A stretch of 64,000 nt of DNA from Bacteroidales bacterium (GCA_035541795.1 DATKMR010000001.1:67532-131531); one strand, 5' to 3'; shown: positions 9,308 to 19,187, counted from the first letter of the stretch. Notes: generated from the letters alone by a model not told the origin. A program made the numbers and translations.

Positions 9308-10138
9308 TTACAGGTTCAGTGTGAAACGTTTGAATGCAGTTACCGTGAGGGTTTTATCGACCGACTGCAGGTACTGCCTGATCGTCATCTTGTTATCCTT
9401 CACGAAATCCTGGTTAAGAAGGGTGCTTTCCTTGAAGAATTTTCCAAGCTTGCCCTGGGCGATCTTTTCGAGCATGTCCTCAGGCTTCCCTTCGCGGCGA
9501 GCCTGCTCCTTACCGATTTCGATCTCCTGTGCAATAGTTTCAGCCCTGACATCATCCTTGTCGATGGCGACCGGGTTCATCGCAGCAATCTGCATTGCAA
9601 CATCCTTGTAAACCTGGATATCGAGCCCGTTTTTGCTGAAACCTGCCAGAGTGGCAAGTTTGTTACCTGGATGAATATATGCCTGCACATGCTGAGCTTC
9701 AATTTTCTCATAATATGAAAGCTCAATCTTTTCACCAATCACGCCTATATACTCAACAATCTTGTCGGCAATTTTGGTACCGTCGATCTTGAGAGCCTTA
9801 AGGTCGTCAAGCGAAGCCGGTTTGTTTGCCAGTGCAATATTCAGGATATTGTTAGCCAGTGAAAGGAATTCAGCATTCTTGGCAACGAAGTCGGTCTCAC
9901 TGTTGAGAACGATCATTGCACCGAATTTTCCGGTCGGATCAACTTTTGAAAGGACCGCACCTTCGCCTGCTTCCCTGTCGGCACGCTTGTTGGCGACTGC
10001 CTGTCCTTTTTTACGTATTATTTCGATTGCCTTGTCAAAGTTGCCATCAGCCTCTTCGAGAGCCTTCTTGCAGTCCATCATGCCTGCAAGGGTAATCCTT
10101 CTGAGTTTTGCAACATCTGCAGCACTTATTGTAGCCAT
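9308..10138 (-). CDS. tsf: translation elongation factor Ts
   Basis: 276-aa ORF. N-terminal UBA-like 'AADVAKLRRITLAGMMDCKKALEEADGNFDKAIEIIRKKG'. Follows rpsB. Confidence 0.95.
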   Translation of the reverse strand: MATISAADVAKLRRITLAGMMDCKKALEEADGNFDKAIEIIRKKGQAVANKRADREAGEGAVLSKVDPTGKFGAMIVLNSETDFVAKNAEFLSLANNILNIALANKPASLDDLKALKIDGTKIADKIVEYIGVIGEKIELSYYEKIEAQHVQAYIHPGNKLATLAGFSKNGLDIQVYKDVAMQIAAMNPVAIDKDDVRAETIAQEIEIGKEQARREGKPEDMLEKIAQGKLGKFFKESTLLNQDFVKDNKMTIRQYLQSVDKTLTVTAFKRFTLNL

Positions 10139-10174
10139 TGTAAATATGTTTTCTTGTAAATAATTCTGGAAATT

Positions 10175-11068
10175 CTATTCTTCTTCAGCTTCACCGGTCT
10201 CCTCTTCAGGTTCTTCTGCCGAGGTCTCCTCTTCAGATTCATCGACAAGCTCTTCTTCCGGTTCAACATCCTCTTCCTCGTCGACGATTGCCTCTATGAG
10301 TGAAGGAGGAAGGTCTTTGGTCTCAAGCTCTTTCCTGATCACCTTCTTGTCCTTGGCAGCCGGTTCCTTGTCTTTTTCGAGTTTCCTCTCGTTAAGACCC
10401 TCTTCGATTGCCTTGCACAGGAGATCAATTATGAGTGATATGGATTTTGAAGCATCGTCGTTTGCCGGGATCGGGAAATCGATGTCGGAAGGATCGGAGT
10501 TGGTATCAACCATCGCAAAAACCGGGATACCAAGTCTCTTTGCTTCACGAACTGCAATGTGTTCCTTGCTTACATCCACGATAAAAAGTGCGGATGGGAG
10601 CCTGGTAAGGTCGGCAATACTGCCAAGGGTCTTCTCAAGTTTTGCCCTCTGGCGGGTCACCTGCAGCTTCTCACGCTTTGAAAGGTTCGAGAAGGTACCG
10701 TCGGCAGCCATCTTGTCGATTGATGACATCTTCTTGATTGCCTTACGGATTGTGGGGAAGTTCGTTAACATTCCGCCCGGCCACCTTTCAGTAACATAAG
10801 GCATGTTAACCTGCTTTACCCTCTCAGCAACAATTTCTTTTGCCTGTTTCTTTGTTGCAACAAAGAGTATTTTTTTGCCAGACCTGGCGATGTGCTTCAT
10901 CGCTGATGCAGCTTCCTCAATCTTGGTTGCGGTCTTTTCGAGGTCAATAATATGAATGCCGTTACGCTCCATGAAGATATAAGGAGCCATGGCCGGATTC
11001 CATTTTCTTTTCAGATGCCCGAAATGAACACCTGCTTCCAGTAATTCATTGAAATTTGTACGTGACAT
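10175..11068 (-). CDS. rpsB: 30S ribosomal protein S2 with an acidic C-terminal tail
   Basis: 297-aa ORF with 'LLEAGVHFGHLKRKWNPAMAPYIF'. The last ~60 aa are a Glu/Asp-rich low-complexity extension. Confidence 0.95.
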   Translation of the reverse strand: MSRTNFNELLEAGVHFGHLKRKWNPAMAPYIFMERNGIHIIDLEKTATKIEEAASAMKHIARSGKKILFVATKKQAKEIVAERVKQVNMPYVTERWPGGMLTNFPTIRKAIKKMSSIDKMAADGTFSNLSKREKLQVTRQRAKLEKTLGSIADLTRLPSALFIVDVSKEHIAVREAKRLGIPVFAMVDTNSDPSDIDFPIPANDDASKSISLIIDLLCKAIEEGLNERKLEKDKEPAAKDKKVIRKELETKDLPPSLIEAIVDEEEDVEPEEELVDESEEETSAEEPEEETGEAEEE

Positions 11069-11100
11069 TTTATTTTATTTAAGTTTACCTTCTTTAAATC

Positions 11101-11139
11101 AATTGCAAAGTAGCCACGTTTCCGTGAGTCAATGCAATT
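11101..11139 (-). promoter_or_regulatory. candidate structured 5' leader of rpsB (nested hairpin with GAAA tetraloop)
   Basis: Minus strand reads AATTGCA-TTGACT-CACG-GAAA-CGTG-GCTACTT-TGCAATT. It ends 33 nt upstream of the rpsB ATG. Confidence 0.3.
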
Positions 11140-11175
11140 TAGATACTAAACCTCATCAATCCGGGCCAGTGATCC

Positions 11176-11562
11176 CTATCGTTTACTGAACTGGAACCTT
11201 CTGCGTGCCTTCGGCTGTCCCGGTTTCTTCCTTTCAACCTCGCGAGGATCGCGGGTGATGAAGCCGTTGGCTTTGAGTGTGGGTTTATATTCTGCATCAG
11301 CCTTGATAAGGGCCCTGGTTATACCGAGGCGCAAAGCTTCGGCCTGGCCTTTTGAACCGCCGCCGTCAAGGTTGGCTTCAATATCATATTTTTCAGCAAT
11401 ATTCAGAAGTACCAGAGGCTGTGTAACAACATACTGCAGTGTCTCAGCACCAAAATATTCCTTGTAATCGCGATCGTTTACAGTAATCTTGCCTTTGCCA
11501 TCCCTTAGATATACCCTGGCAACTGCAGCCTTCCTTCTTCCAATAGCGTTGATTGATTCCAT
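11176..11562 (-). CDS. rpsI: 30S ribosomal protein S9
   Basis: 128-aa ORF with the typical C-terminus '...KARRRFQFSKR'. It starts 15 nt after rplM. Confidence 0.95.
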   Translation of the reverse strand: MESINAIGRRKAAVARVYLRDGKGKITVNDRDYKEYFGAETLQYVVTQPLVLLNIAEKYDIEANLDGGGSKGQAEALRLGITRALIKADAEYKPTLKANGFITRDPREVERKKPGQPKARRRFQFSKR

Positions 11563-11577
11563 GTTTGCTATCTGATT

Positions 11578-12021
11578 TTATAATTCAATTTTCTTAGGTT
11601 TCTGGGCTTCATGCGGATGCTCGGTTCCGGCATATACGTGCAGGTTCTTGAAGATGGCGTTTCCAAGCCTGGTCTTTGGAAGCATGCCTTTAACGGCGTG
11701 CTCAAGAATTGCAATCGGCTTCTTCTTCAGCATCTCGTCGGCCCTGGTGAACCTCTGTCCGCCCGGGTAACCCGTATGCCTGATATACTGTTTTTCGGTC
11801 CACTTGTAACCTGTGAAGTCAACCTTCTCGGCATTGATAACAATAACATTGTCACCACAATCGACATGAGGTGTATATTCAGTCTTGTGCTTACCTCTCA
11901 GCAATGTTGCAACAGTGGTGGCAAGTCTGCCAACTATCTGCCCCTCAGCGTCAATAATAACCCACTCCTTGTTCACAGTTGACTTGTTGGCCGAAACTGT
12001 CTTGTAGCTTAAAGTGTTCAC
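11578..12021 (-). CDS. rplM: 50S ribosomal protein L13
   Basis: The ORF track extends to 12087, but the conserved L13 N-terminus 'NTLSYKTVSANKSTVNKEWVIIDA' begins at a GTG at 12021. The 22 extra codons run across the promoter-like AT-rich region. Confidence 0.9.
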   Translation of the reverse strand: MNTLSYKTVSANKSTVNKEWVIIDAEGQIVGRLATTVATLLRGKHKTEYTPHVDCGDNVIVINAEKVDFTGYKWTEKQYIRHTGYPGGQRFTRADEMLKKKPIAILEHAVKGMLPKTRLGNAIFKNLHVYAGTEHPHEAQKPKKIEL

Positions 12022-12084
12022 CTTACTATATTTTTTAATTGATACACTTGTATTTATAAACCAAACCCGATATTTTCGGGACTG

Positions 12085-12092
12085 CAAAAATA
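12085..12092 (-). promoter_or_regulatory. candidate Bacteroidota -7 promoter box (TATTTTTG) for rplM-rpsI
   Basis: Matches TAnnTTTG on the minus strand. It is followed by a small leader hairpin CCCGA-AAATA-TCGGG (12066-12080). Confidence 0.35.
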
Positions 12093-12164
12093 CAAACTAT
12101 TTTGTAAAAAAAAAGAAATATAGTTGGTTTTTATTAATTATACCTTTATATCAATCAGCCCCTG

Positions 12165-13733
12165 ATGAACAGGTTCAAACCACAAAGAGATTTCCTGATA
12201 GCTTCCCTCACCGGTGTGGCATTCTCATTGGCCCTGTCAGTCTGGCTGCTGTCGGCGTTTACAATTTTGTCGATCATCGCCTGGCTTACAGGCATGGAAT
12301 GGCGAAACAAAAAGCCTTCAAAAGAGGATCTCAGGTGCCTCGCGGCCTTTGCCATTATTTACATGGTGTACATTTCGTGGATGGCCGGTACCTCCGATAT
12401 TCATTCCGGGCTGATCGGGCTGCGGCTGAAGCTCCCCATTGTCATATTCCCCCTGATCTTTGCATATTCAGGACAGGCTGGTGACAAAGAGCGGAAAATA
12501 ATTTTTACGGGATTTCTTTCAGGCATCATCATCTCCTCCGCATACGGATTATTTGCCGGGTGGGAAGCCGTATCGTCGGGACTGGCAGATTCGAGAACTC
12601 TTTCACCTCTGGTGTCGCATATCCGGCTTTCCCTTATGGCTGTCCTCGCGATATTTTCGGCAGGGTGGTATCTTTTCAGGGATAAGGAACGGAACATCTG
12701 GAAAATATTCCTTGCAGTGTCCGCTGCCTGGCTTACCATATTTATCTTCATCCTTTCTTCCTTTACAGGAATAGCCCTTCTGATTCTCCTGATTGGACTG
12801 ACCCTGGCAAGGACTGCTCTTAAATCGGGGCGGAGATGGATCATTATCCTGTCCTTTTCGGTACTTTCAGCGTTTGCAGCTGCACTGCTGGTGTTTATCA
12901 GGATTGAGGTAAAGCTTTTCTATAAACCATCAGTTAACTCCATCGCGGTTATTCCTGAAAAAACCCTTTCGGGAAATTCCTATTTCAACGACCTTTCAAG
13001 AAAAGATCTGGAAAACGGGAACCCTGTCTGGATAATGATTTGCGAAAAAGAGCTGAGGAGAGAATGGAATAAAAGGAGTAAGATAGAATACGACAGCGCT
13101 GACCTGAAAGGACAGGCAATCAGGTACACACTCGTCAGGTACATGACCTCGGAAGGCCTTAGGAAAGATTCTGCCGGAATGGCGGCCCTTTCACCCACTG
13201 ACATGAGTAACATCGAACATGGAATGACAAATCACCTGTTCAGTGAATGGAGCCCCCTCCGTAAAAAAATCTATGAATCGGTCTGGCAGGTCGACTATTA
13301 CCTTAAAGGAGGCAACCCGTCGGGACATTCAATAACACAGCGGCTGGAATTCCTGAAGACAGGATGGCATATCTTCCTCTCAAACCCGTTCTTCGGTGTT
13401 GGCACCGGCGACCTGTCCGATGAATATTCGGCAGAATATGCCAGGGAAAAATCGGTGCTGGATTCAGGTTACAGGCTTCTCTGCCATAACCAGTTCCTGA
13501 CCTTCCTGGTCTCATTCGGTATTACCGGCACAATCATTGTCGTTGCTTCCCTGTTATACCTGTTCTTCAGCCGCAGGCTTTACAAAAGATTCCTTCCGCT
13601 TCTGTTTTTCCTGCTTATCTTCTTTTCTATGCTTTCTGAAGATACTCTTGAAACACACGCCGGTGTGACATTCTTTGCCTTCTTCTCTTCATTATTCATT
13701 TTTACTTCCGGGGAAGATGATGAACAGCAGTAG
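12165..13733 (+). CDS. O-antigen ligase (Wzy_C)-like polytopic membrane protein
   Basis: 522-aa ORF with many TM helices, a large soluble loop (aa ~250-400) and a 'LCHNQFLTFLVSFGITG' segment typical of the family. The assignment is by eye only. Confidence 0.55.
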   Translation: MNRFKPQRDFLIASLTGVAFSLALSVWLLSAFTILSIIAWLTGMEWRNKKPSKEDLRCLAAFAIIYMVYISWMAGTSDIHSGLIGLRLKLPIVIFPLIFAYSGQAGDKERKIIFTGFLSGIIISSAYGLFAGWEAVSSGLADSRTLSPLVSHIRLSLMAVLAIFSAGWYLFRDKERNIWKIFLAVSAAWLTIFIFILSSFTGIALLILLIGLTLARTALKSGRRWIIILSFSVLSAFAAALLVFIRIEVKLFYKPSVNSIAVIPEKTLSGNSYFNDLSRKDLENGNPVWIMICEKELRREWNKRSKIEYDSADLKGQAIRYTLVRYMTSEGLRKDSAGMAALSPTDMSNIEHGMTNHLFSEWSPLRKKIYESVWQVDYYLKGGNPSGHSITQRLEFLKTGWHIFLSNPFFGVGTGDLSDEYSAEYAREKSVLDSGYRLLCHNQFLTFLVSFGITGTIIVVASLLYLFFSRRLYKRFLPLLFFLLIFFSMLSEDTLETHAGVTFFAFFSSLFIFTSGEDDEQQ

Positions 13734-14235
13734 ACTTGGCCGAGATTTTTATATCCGGGATGTGCTCGAAGTGGCTCCCGGCCTTATAGGAAAATCGCTT
13801 GTGGTAAGGTTCCCAGGTGGAAGCTATGGAAAATTTTCAATAATTGAGGTTGAGGCATACAGGGGCGAGGAAGACAGGGCCTGCCATGCTTTCAAAGGGC
13901 GGACAAAGAGGACGGAAATAATGTATGCTGAAGGAGGTCATGTTTACGTCTATTTTGTTTACGGGATGTACTGGATGCTGAATATTGTAACATCGACGGT
14001 CAACGAACCTCAGGCAATTCTGATTAGGGGTGTCGACGGATTCACCGGACCGGGAAGGCTTACCCGCGGACTTGGGATCGATGGAGGGTTTTATGGTGAG
14101 GACCTTGCCAGTTCCGGGAGGATCTGGATCGAAAACACCGGAGAAAATCCCGGTTATATAACCACCCCCAGGATTGGAATTGCATATGCGGGAGCCCCCT
14201 GGACAGGCAAGCCCTGGAGATTCATTATAAAATAG
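13717..14235 (+). CDS. mpg: DNA-3-methyladenine glycosylase (AAG/Mpg family)
   Basis: 'LGRDFYIRDVLEVAPGLIGKSLV' and 'EVEAYRGEEDRACHAFKGRT'. The start is taken at ATG 13717 (MMNSS...), which overlaps the previous stop by 17 nt. The track start at 13675 looks over-extended. Confidence 0.85.
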   Translation: MMNSSRLGRDFYIRDVLEVAPGLIGKSLVVRFPGGSYGKFSIIEVEAYRGEEDRACHAFKGRTKRTEIMYAEGGHVYVYFVYGMYWMLNIVTSTVNEPQAILIRGVDGFTGPGRLTRGLGIDGGFYGEDLASSGRIWIENTGENPGYITTPRIGIAYAGAPWTGKPWRFIIK

Positions 14236-14237
14236 TC

Positions 14238-15335
14238 CTACCTGAATTTGTGAATGGTAAACATCCTGTCGAACCTCAGGTGCAGGCTCAGTTCAGAATC
14301 GAGGTGCCCCCTGTTCAGATCATAGAATGTCTCACCACCGGCAAAGAACTCAAAATAATCACCCTGGTGAAGGACTATTCCGGCAGATGACATCCAGATG
14401 CTTCTGTCGTGAATAAATAATGCCGGGTCCCTCTGCGACCAGCTGCTGAAGACCGGGTTTCCTTCCGGGGAATAAAAATTCCTGCTTTTCCATAAACCTG
14501 ATGTAATCATAAGGTGACCCTGCTCGAATATCAGCCTCAGTCTCGAAGCATTCCCCTGCCTTAATTCAAATGTGCCGTGAAGCGTGATGTACTGGTAACG
14601 GAACTGCTTGAATTCGATGCTTATGGTTCCCTTTTTATCTGTTCCCGGTTTATATCCCAGCTTTATCCCGGCGGAACCGTCGAAAAAGGTTTCGACATGT
14701 TCCGGATAATCGCTTATCTGGCCTCCTAAATGTTTGAAAGTTCCCTGGACAGGGATATCGAGATGGATTTTATTGTTTAATAACCAGGTGGAATAATTAA
14801 ACGATTCTCCTGCAACGAAGACCTCCCTTGTGGTGTCGCCCCTGGAAATAAAATTCTCCCAGTTTACCCAGGTATCGTTAAATACATGGTCCTTCTCTGT
14901 TGCTATCCTCACGCCGCTTTCAGTATGAGCAGTGTATGTTCTTTCGGAATAGGATATCTGGTCGTCGAGCCTGTGCCTGTCGCAGCCGTCGAGAGAGCCG
15001 AGAGTAAGTGTCGTATGAGGAAATACCCTGAAACCTGTTGAAAAAACAAGGGCCGGTGATTTTATTTTATACGTTCCGGCATAGCTGAGAACCTGGGCTC
15101 CCAGGCTTATTTTTAACCGTTCGGAAGGAATATAAACAAGGGAAGGCTGGATAAGGAACCCGATAAGTGTATATCCTTCAGTGAGAGGGTTTGAGTACTC
15201 GTTATCGCGAAGGAAATTTATGTTCTTTATCCTGATGTTCAGCACTGCCGGGTCCTGCAAATCCTCCCCGGTCTGCGCAATCGTTGCACCGGCGGAAAAC
15301 AATGAAAAAACCAGAGGAAGTATAAGCCTTTTCAT
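14238..15335 (-). CDS. hypothetical outer-membrane beta-barrel protein
   Basis: 365-aa ORF with a signal peptide (MKRLILPLVFSLFSAGATIAQ), an alternating hydrophobic beta-strand pattern and an aromatic-rich C-terminus. Confidence 0.6.
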   Translation of the reverse strand: MKRLILPLVFSLFSAGATIAQTGEDLQDPAVLNIRIKNINFLRDNEYSNPLTEGYTLIGFLIQPSLVYIPSERLKISLGAQVLSYAGTYKIKSPALVFSTGFRVFPHTTLTLGSLDGCDRHRLDDQISYSERTYTAHTESGVRIATEKDHVFNDTWVNWENFISRGDTTREVFVAGESFNYSTWLLNNKIHLDIPVQGTFKHLGGQISDYPEHVETFFDGSAGIKLGYKPGTDKKGTISIEFKQFRYQYITLHGTFELRQGNASRLRLIFEQGHLMITSGLWKSRNFYSPEGNPVFSSWSQRDPALFIHDRSIWMSSAGIVLHQGDYFEFFAGGETFYDLNRGHLDSELSLHLRFDRMFTIHKFR

Positions 15336-15459
15336 AACAGGTTATTACGAGGCAAAAGTAACAAATTAGTAAAAGGTTAAATTGAAGTTAAAGAGAATAG
15401 TATTTGGCCTGATGTTATATTTTTTTGCGTTCTTTGCCTAAGCATACAAATTTTATCTT

Positions 15460-18400
15460 ATGAATTCATACAGCACTTTCAGGCGCTGGAACAATATTAC
15501 CGGCTGGGTGATATTTGTAATTTCCTCCCTTGTATATATTCTCACACTTGAGCCGACAGTCAGTTTCTGGGATTGCGGAGAGTTTATCCTCTCCGCTTTC
15601 AAGCTCCAGATCGGACACCCCCCGGGGGCGCCGCTCTTCCTGTTGCTCGGACGGGTCGCTTCACTCCTTGCTATGGGCAATACTTCAAAGGTGTCGGTTA
15701 TTATCAATGGAATGAATGCCCTCTTCAGCGGGCTTACAATTATGTTCCTGTTCTGGACAATAACACATCTTATTAGGAGACTTTACAGGAGTGAGGCAGA
15801 ACTCTCAACCCGGCGAATATTTGCTATACTGTGCAGCGGGGCTCTCGGTGCACTTGCATATACTTTTTCGGATACTTTCTGGTTTTCGGCTGTTGAAGGT
15901 GAAGTCTATGCCTTGTCGTCGTTTATTACAGGATTTGTATTCTGGGCAATGCTTAAATGGGAGGATGAGGCCGACAAGGCTTATTCGGGCAGATGGATTA
16001 TCCTCATTGCATACATAATGGGTCTTGGTATCGGGGTACACCGGCTCTGTCTCCTCGTTATCCCTGCACTTGTCTTCATTTATTATTTCAGGAATTATGA
16101 AGTGAGCCTGAAAGGGGTGATTAAAGCAACTGTTGCTGCAGTATCAATACTCTGGCTGATGGTATTCGTCATCATGCCGGGAATACCAAAGGCAGCCGGC
16201 TGGTTTGAGCTGTTTTTTGTGAACGGGATGGGCCTGCCTTTTAACTCGGGGCTCTATTTCTACCTTGTACTGGTGATTGCAGTACTGGTTCTCGGAATCT
16301 GGCTTTCGGTAAAGAAGGAGAAGGCACTGCTGAATTTTGTTTTTACAATTCTTGCTGCTGTCTTCATCGGGTATTCATCCTATGCCATGATTATAATAAG
16401 GTCGAACGCACGTCCCCCTATGAACCAGAATAATCCTTCTGACGTATTCTCCTTCATATATTACATCAACATGGAGCAGTATGGCTCCCCCCCGAAGATT
16501 TACGGCAACTATTACAGCGTACCTGCAACAGGTGTAAAGCAGGTGATAGAGGGATACAACAAGATTAACGGGAGATACAAGCCTTATTACAGGCCCGAAT
16601 ATACTTACAGCTCAGGTCTTGAAACCTTGTTCCCCAGGATGTACAGCAGCGATCCCGATCATGAGAGCGCTTATAAATACTGGGGGAAAGTTTCAGGCAG
16701 AAAATATTCAGTCGAGACCGGCAACGGAAAAAAGAGCATCGTCGTACCTACTTTCGGGGAGAACATTAGATTCTTTTTCAATTACCAGATCGGCTTTATG
16801 TACTGGAGATACTTCATGTGGAATTTTGCAGGCAGGCAAAATGATATCCAGGGTAACGGCAACCCGCTTTACGGTAACTGGATTAGCGGGATAAAGTTCA
16901 TTGATAAAATGAGACTTGGGGACCAGGATTCCCTTCCAAGGGAACTTCTCACTAACCCGGGGAGAAACACCTATTATTTTTTACCCCTGATCCTGGGATT
17001 AGCCGGGTTGTTCTGGCATTACCGGAGAGATAAAAACGGATTCTGGCTCATCACCATCCTTTTCATCATGACAGGTCTGGCTATAATTTTATTTCTCAAC
17101 CAGACTCCAAATCAGCCACGGGAAAGGGATTACGCTTATGTCGGGTCATTTTATGCTTTCGCTGTATGGATCGGGATGGGTTTCATGCTGGTTGACGAAG
17201 CAGTAAGAAAGTATTTTAAGGGAAATTTTGCGGCTACGGTTGCGGCCTTTATCCTTCTCCTTTTTGCCGTACCTGTCCTCATGGGCGCCCAGAACTGGGA
17301 TGATCACAGCAGGGCTGGCAGGTACACATGCAGGGATATCGGCTCAAATTACCTGAAGTCGGTCGACAAAAATGCTATCATTTTCACATACGGTGATAAT
17401 GATTCATTCCCTTTATGGTACGTCCAGGATGTTGAAGGTGTAAGAACCGACGTAAGGGTTGCTAACCTGAGCTATATACAGGCCGGATGGTATATCGAAA
17501 TGATGAGGCAGAAAGCCTATGGTTCAGATCCGCTTCCATTCACTCTGGGACCCGATAAGTACATAGAAGGGAAAAGAACCCAGATGCCTGTCGACGACAG
17601 GGTTGACAAACCAGTTCCGATCAGCCAGGTAATCGACTTTGCCGGCCTCGAGGAGAGAAAGGCCCAGGTCGATGTATCGGGGAATGGCGACTATACCAAT
17701 TATATACCGGTCAACAAGCTGCAGATAGATGTCGACCGAAGCCAGGTTCTTGCAAACGGAACCGTAAAACCATACTTCGGCGACAGTATTATTTCGCCGA
17801 TGGTTTGGAAGTACACCGATAATGAAGCTTTTAAAGGCGACCTGGCAATGATGGATCTCCTTTCAACGAATAAATGGAAGCGCCCCATATATATTTCAAC
17901 AACTGTGCCCGGTTCCCAGTATAAGGGCCTGGAGAAATTCTTTATCCAGGAGGGCCTTGCCTACAGGATTGCACCGGTGAAAACCGGTACACCCGAACCC
18001 GGTGAGTTCGGGATGATCGACCCACAGGTGATGTACGACAACATGATGAACAAGTTCACATGGGGTAATGCAGATGCGCCTGGTGTTTACCTCGATGAAA
18101 ACAACAGGAGGATGTTCAGTAATTTCCGCCGGTTGTTCGGGCTCCTCGGGAAAAAGCTCTATGAAACCGGCGATACCGCAAGGGCTTACCTGGCAGTCAA
18201 AAAAGGTCTTTCGATAGTACCGCCGGGCAAGATGCCTTACGATTTTTTTGCCATCAACCTGGCAGAGGTACTTTACCTTACAGGTCATAAGGATGATGGA
18301 CTCGTCCTTCTCAGGGATATCCTGAAGTACTCCGAGTCGTATCTTTTATATATATCGAGGATACCCCCTGCCGAAAGGATAGGGCTCGATTATCCTATTG

Positions 18401-18528
18401 GCATCAACATGCAGTCGCTCATCGATATGTACAGGCTTGCGAACAGGCTTGGACTGAAGGATCTGTCGGCAACCCTTGAAGGTCAGCTGAATAAGTACTA
18501 CGGGATGTTTTATTCGGTGGATAAATAA
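15460..18528 (+). CDS. DUF2723 (TMEM260-like, GT-C fold) membrane glycosyltransferase-like protein
   Basis: 1022-aa ORF with the hallmark N-terminus 'LEPTVSFWDCGEFILSAFKLQIGHPPGAPLF'. It has about 11 TM helices and a large C-terminal TPR-like soluble domain. Confidence 0.8.
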   Translation: MNSYSTFRRWNNITGWVIFVISSLVYILTLEPTVSFWDCGEFILSAFKLQIGHPPGAPLFLLLGRVASLLAMGNTSKVSVIINGMNALFSGLTIMFLFWTITHLIRRLYRSEAELSTRRIFAILCSGALGALAYTFSDTFWFSAVEGEVYALSSFITGFVFWAMLKWEDEADKAYSGRWIILIAYIMGLGIGVHRLCLLVIPALVFIYYFRNYEVSLKGVIKATVAAVSILWLMVFVIMPGIPKAAGWFELFFVNGMGLPFNSGLYFYLVLVIAVLVLGIWLSVKKEKALLNFVFTILAAVFIGYSSYAMIIIRSNARPPMNQNNPSDVFSFIYYINMEQYGSPPKIYGNYYSVPATGVKQVIEGYNKINGRYKPYYRPEYTYSSGLETLFPRMYSSDPDHESAYKYWGKVSGRKYSVETGNGKKSIVVPTFGENIRFFFNYQIGFMYWRYFMWNFAGRQNDIQGNGNPLYGNWISGIKFIDKMRLGDQDSLPRELLTNPGRNTYYFLPLILGLAGLFWHYRRDKNGFWLITILFIMTGLAIILFLNQTPNQPRERDYAYVGSFYAFAVWIGMGFMLVDEAVRKYFKGNFAATVAAFILLLFAVPVLMGAQNWDDHSRAGRYTCRDIGSNYLKSVDKNAIIFTYGDNDSFPLWYVQDVEGVRTDVRVANLSYIQAGWYIEMMRQKAYGSDPLPFTLGPDKYIEGKRTQMPVDDRVDKPVPISQVIDFAGLEERKAQVDVSGNGDYTNYIPVNKLQIDVDRSQVLANGTVKPYFGDSIISPMVWKYTDNEAFKGDLAMMDLLSTNKWKRPIYISTTVPGSQYKGLEKFFIQEGLAYRIAPVKTGTPEPGEFGMIDPQVMYDNMMNKFTWGNADAPGVYLDENNRRMFSNFRRLFGLLGKKLYETGDTARAYLAVKKGLSIVPPGKMPYDFFAINLAEVLYLTGHKDDGLVLLRDILKYSESYLLYISRIPPAERIGLDYPIGINMQSLIDMYRLANRLGLKDLSATLEGQLNKYYGMFYSVDK

Positions 18529-18530
18529 AG

Positions 18531-19154
18531 ATGCGGTTCTACAGGCCGTTTTTTCCTGCCAGGATTTTTTATCCCGGCGGGATATTCAGGTTCGGGAGCG
18601 AAAGAAAGGCTCTTTGCATTACGTTTGACGACGGGCCCCATCCCGACTCCACCGGGAGGTTGCTGGAGGTTCTCAGGCGTTATGATGTTCCCGCCGTTTT
18701 CTTCTGCAACGGTAAGGCTGCAGAAAAGCATCCCAATATAATTGCGGAGATCAGGGCCGCGGGTCATGTAACGGGGAATCATGGTTATGAGCATATCGAC
18801 GGGTTCCATAGCAATAAAAAAGCATATTTGGGAAATGCCGAAAAAGCAGAACCCTTTACTTCGCCCCGGATTTTCCGTCCTCCATTCGGCCGGCTCACTC
18901 CCTGTCAGTACAGGTCGCTGGCAAAAAAGTACGACCTGGTCTTCTGGGACATAATGCCATACGATTTCGACAAAAACATCAGTCCGGGAAAATCTTACCG
19001 GATACTCAGGCAAAATCTGCGGCCGGGTTCCGTTATTGTTTTCCACGACACTCCCTCCAGTCATGTGCATATTTACCTCGATGATTTTATCAGGCATGCT
19101 CTCGGCCTGGGATATGGCTTTGAGATCCCGCCGAAGTTAAAACAGTTGACCTGA
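18531..19154 (+). CDS. polysaccharide deacetylase (NodB / CE4) family protein
   Basis: 207-aa ORF with the 'ITFDDGPHP' NodB motif 1 and a 'GNHGYEH' His motif. It starts 3 nt after the DUF2723 stop. Confidence 0.8.
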   Translation: MRFYRPFFPARIFYPGGIFRFGSERKALCITFDDGPHPDSTGRLLEVLRRYDVPAVFFCNGKAAEKHPNIIAEIRAAGHVTGNHGYEHIDGFHSNKKAYLGNAEKAEPFTSPRIFRPPFGRLTPCQYRSLAKKYDLVFWDIMPYDFDKNISPGKSYRILRQNLRPGSVIVFHDTPSSHVHIYLDDFIRHALGLGYGFEIPPKLKQLT

Positions 19155-19179
19155 GCCGACTTTTTTCTTCAGGAAATTG

Positions 19180-19187
19180 TACATTTG
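19180..19187 (+). promoter_or_regulatory. candidate -7 promoter box (TACATTTG) for purD
   Basis: Exact TAnnTTTG match 21 nt upstream of the purD ATG. Confidence 0.4.

Noticed and set aside
10178-10360. A Glu/Asp-rich low-complexity stretch at the 3' end of rpsB, with an overlapping 167-aa antisense ORF.
   Set aside because: It is a C-terminal acidic tail of S2, continuous with the conserved body. This is a compositional feature, not a separate element or a fusion artefact that I can demonstrate.
5061-12087. A sugar kinase and MFS transporter inserted between pyrH-frr and rplM-rpsI-rpsB-tsf, which might be an insertion into the classical rpsB-tsf-pyrH-frr cluster.
   Set aside because: In Bacteroidota the rplM-rpsI-rpsB-tsf block and pyrH-frr are commonly separate units. 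Nothing at the junctions (no repeats, no mobile genes) suggests a recent insertion.
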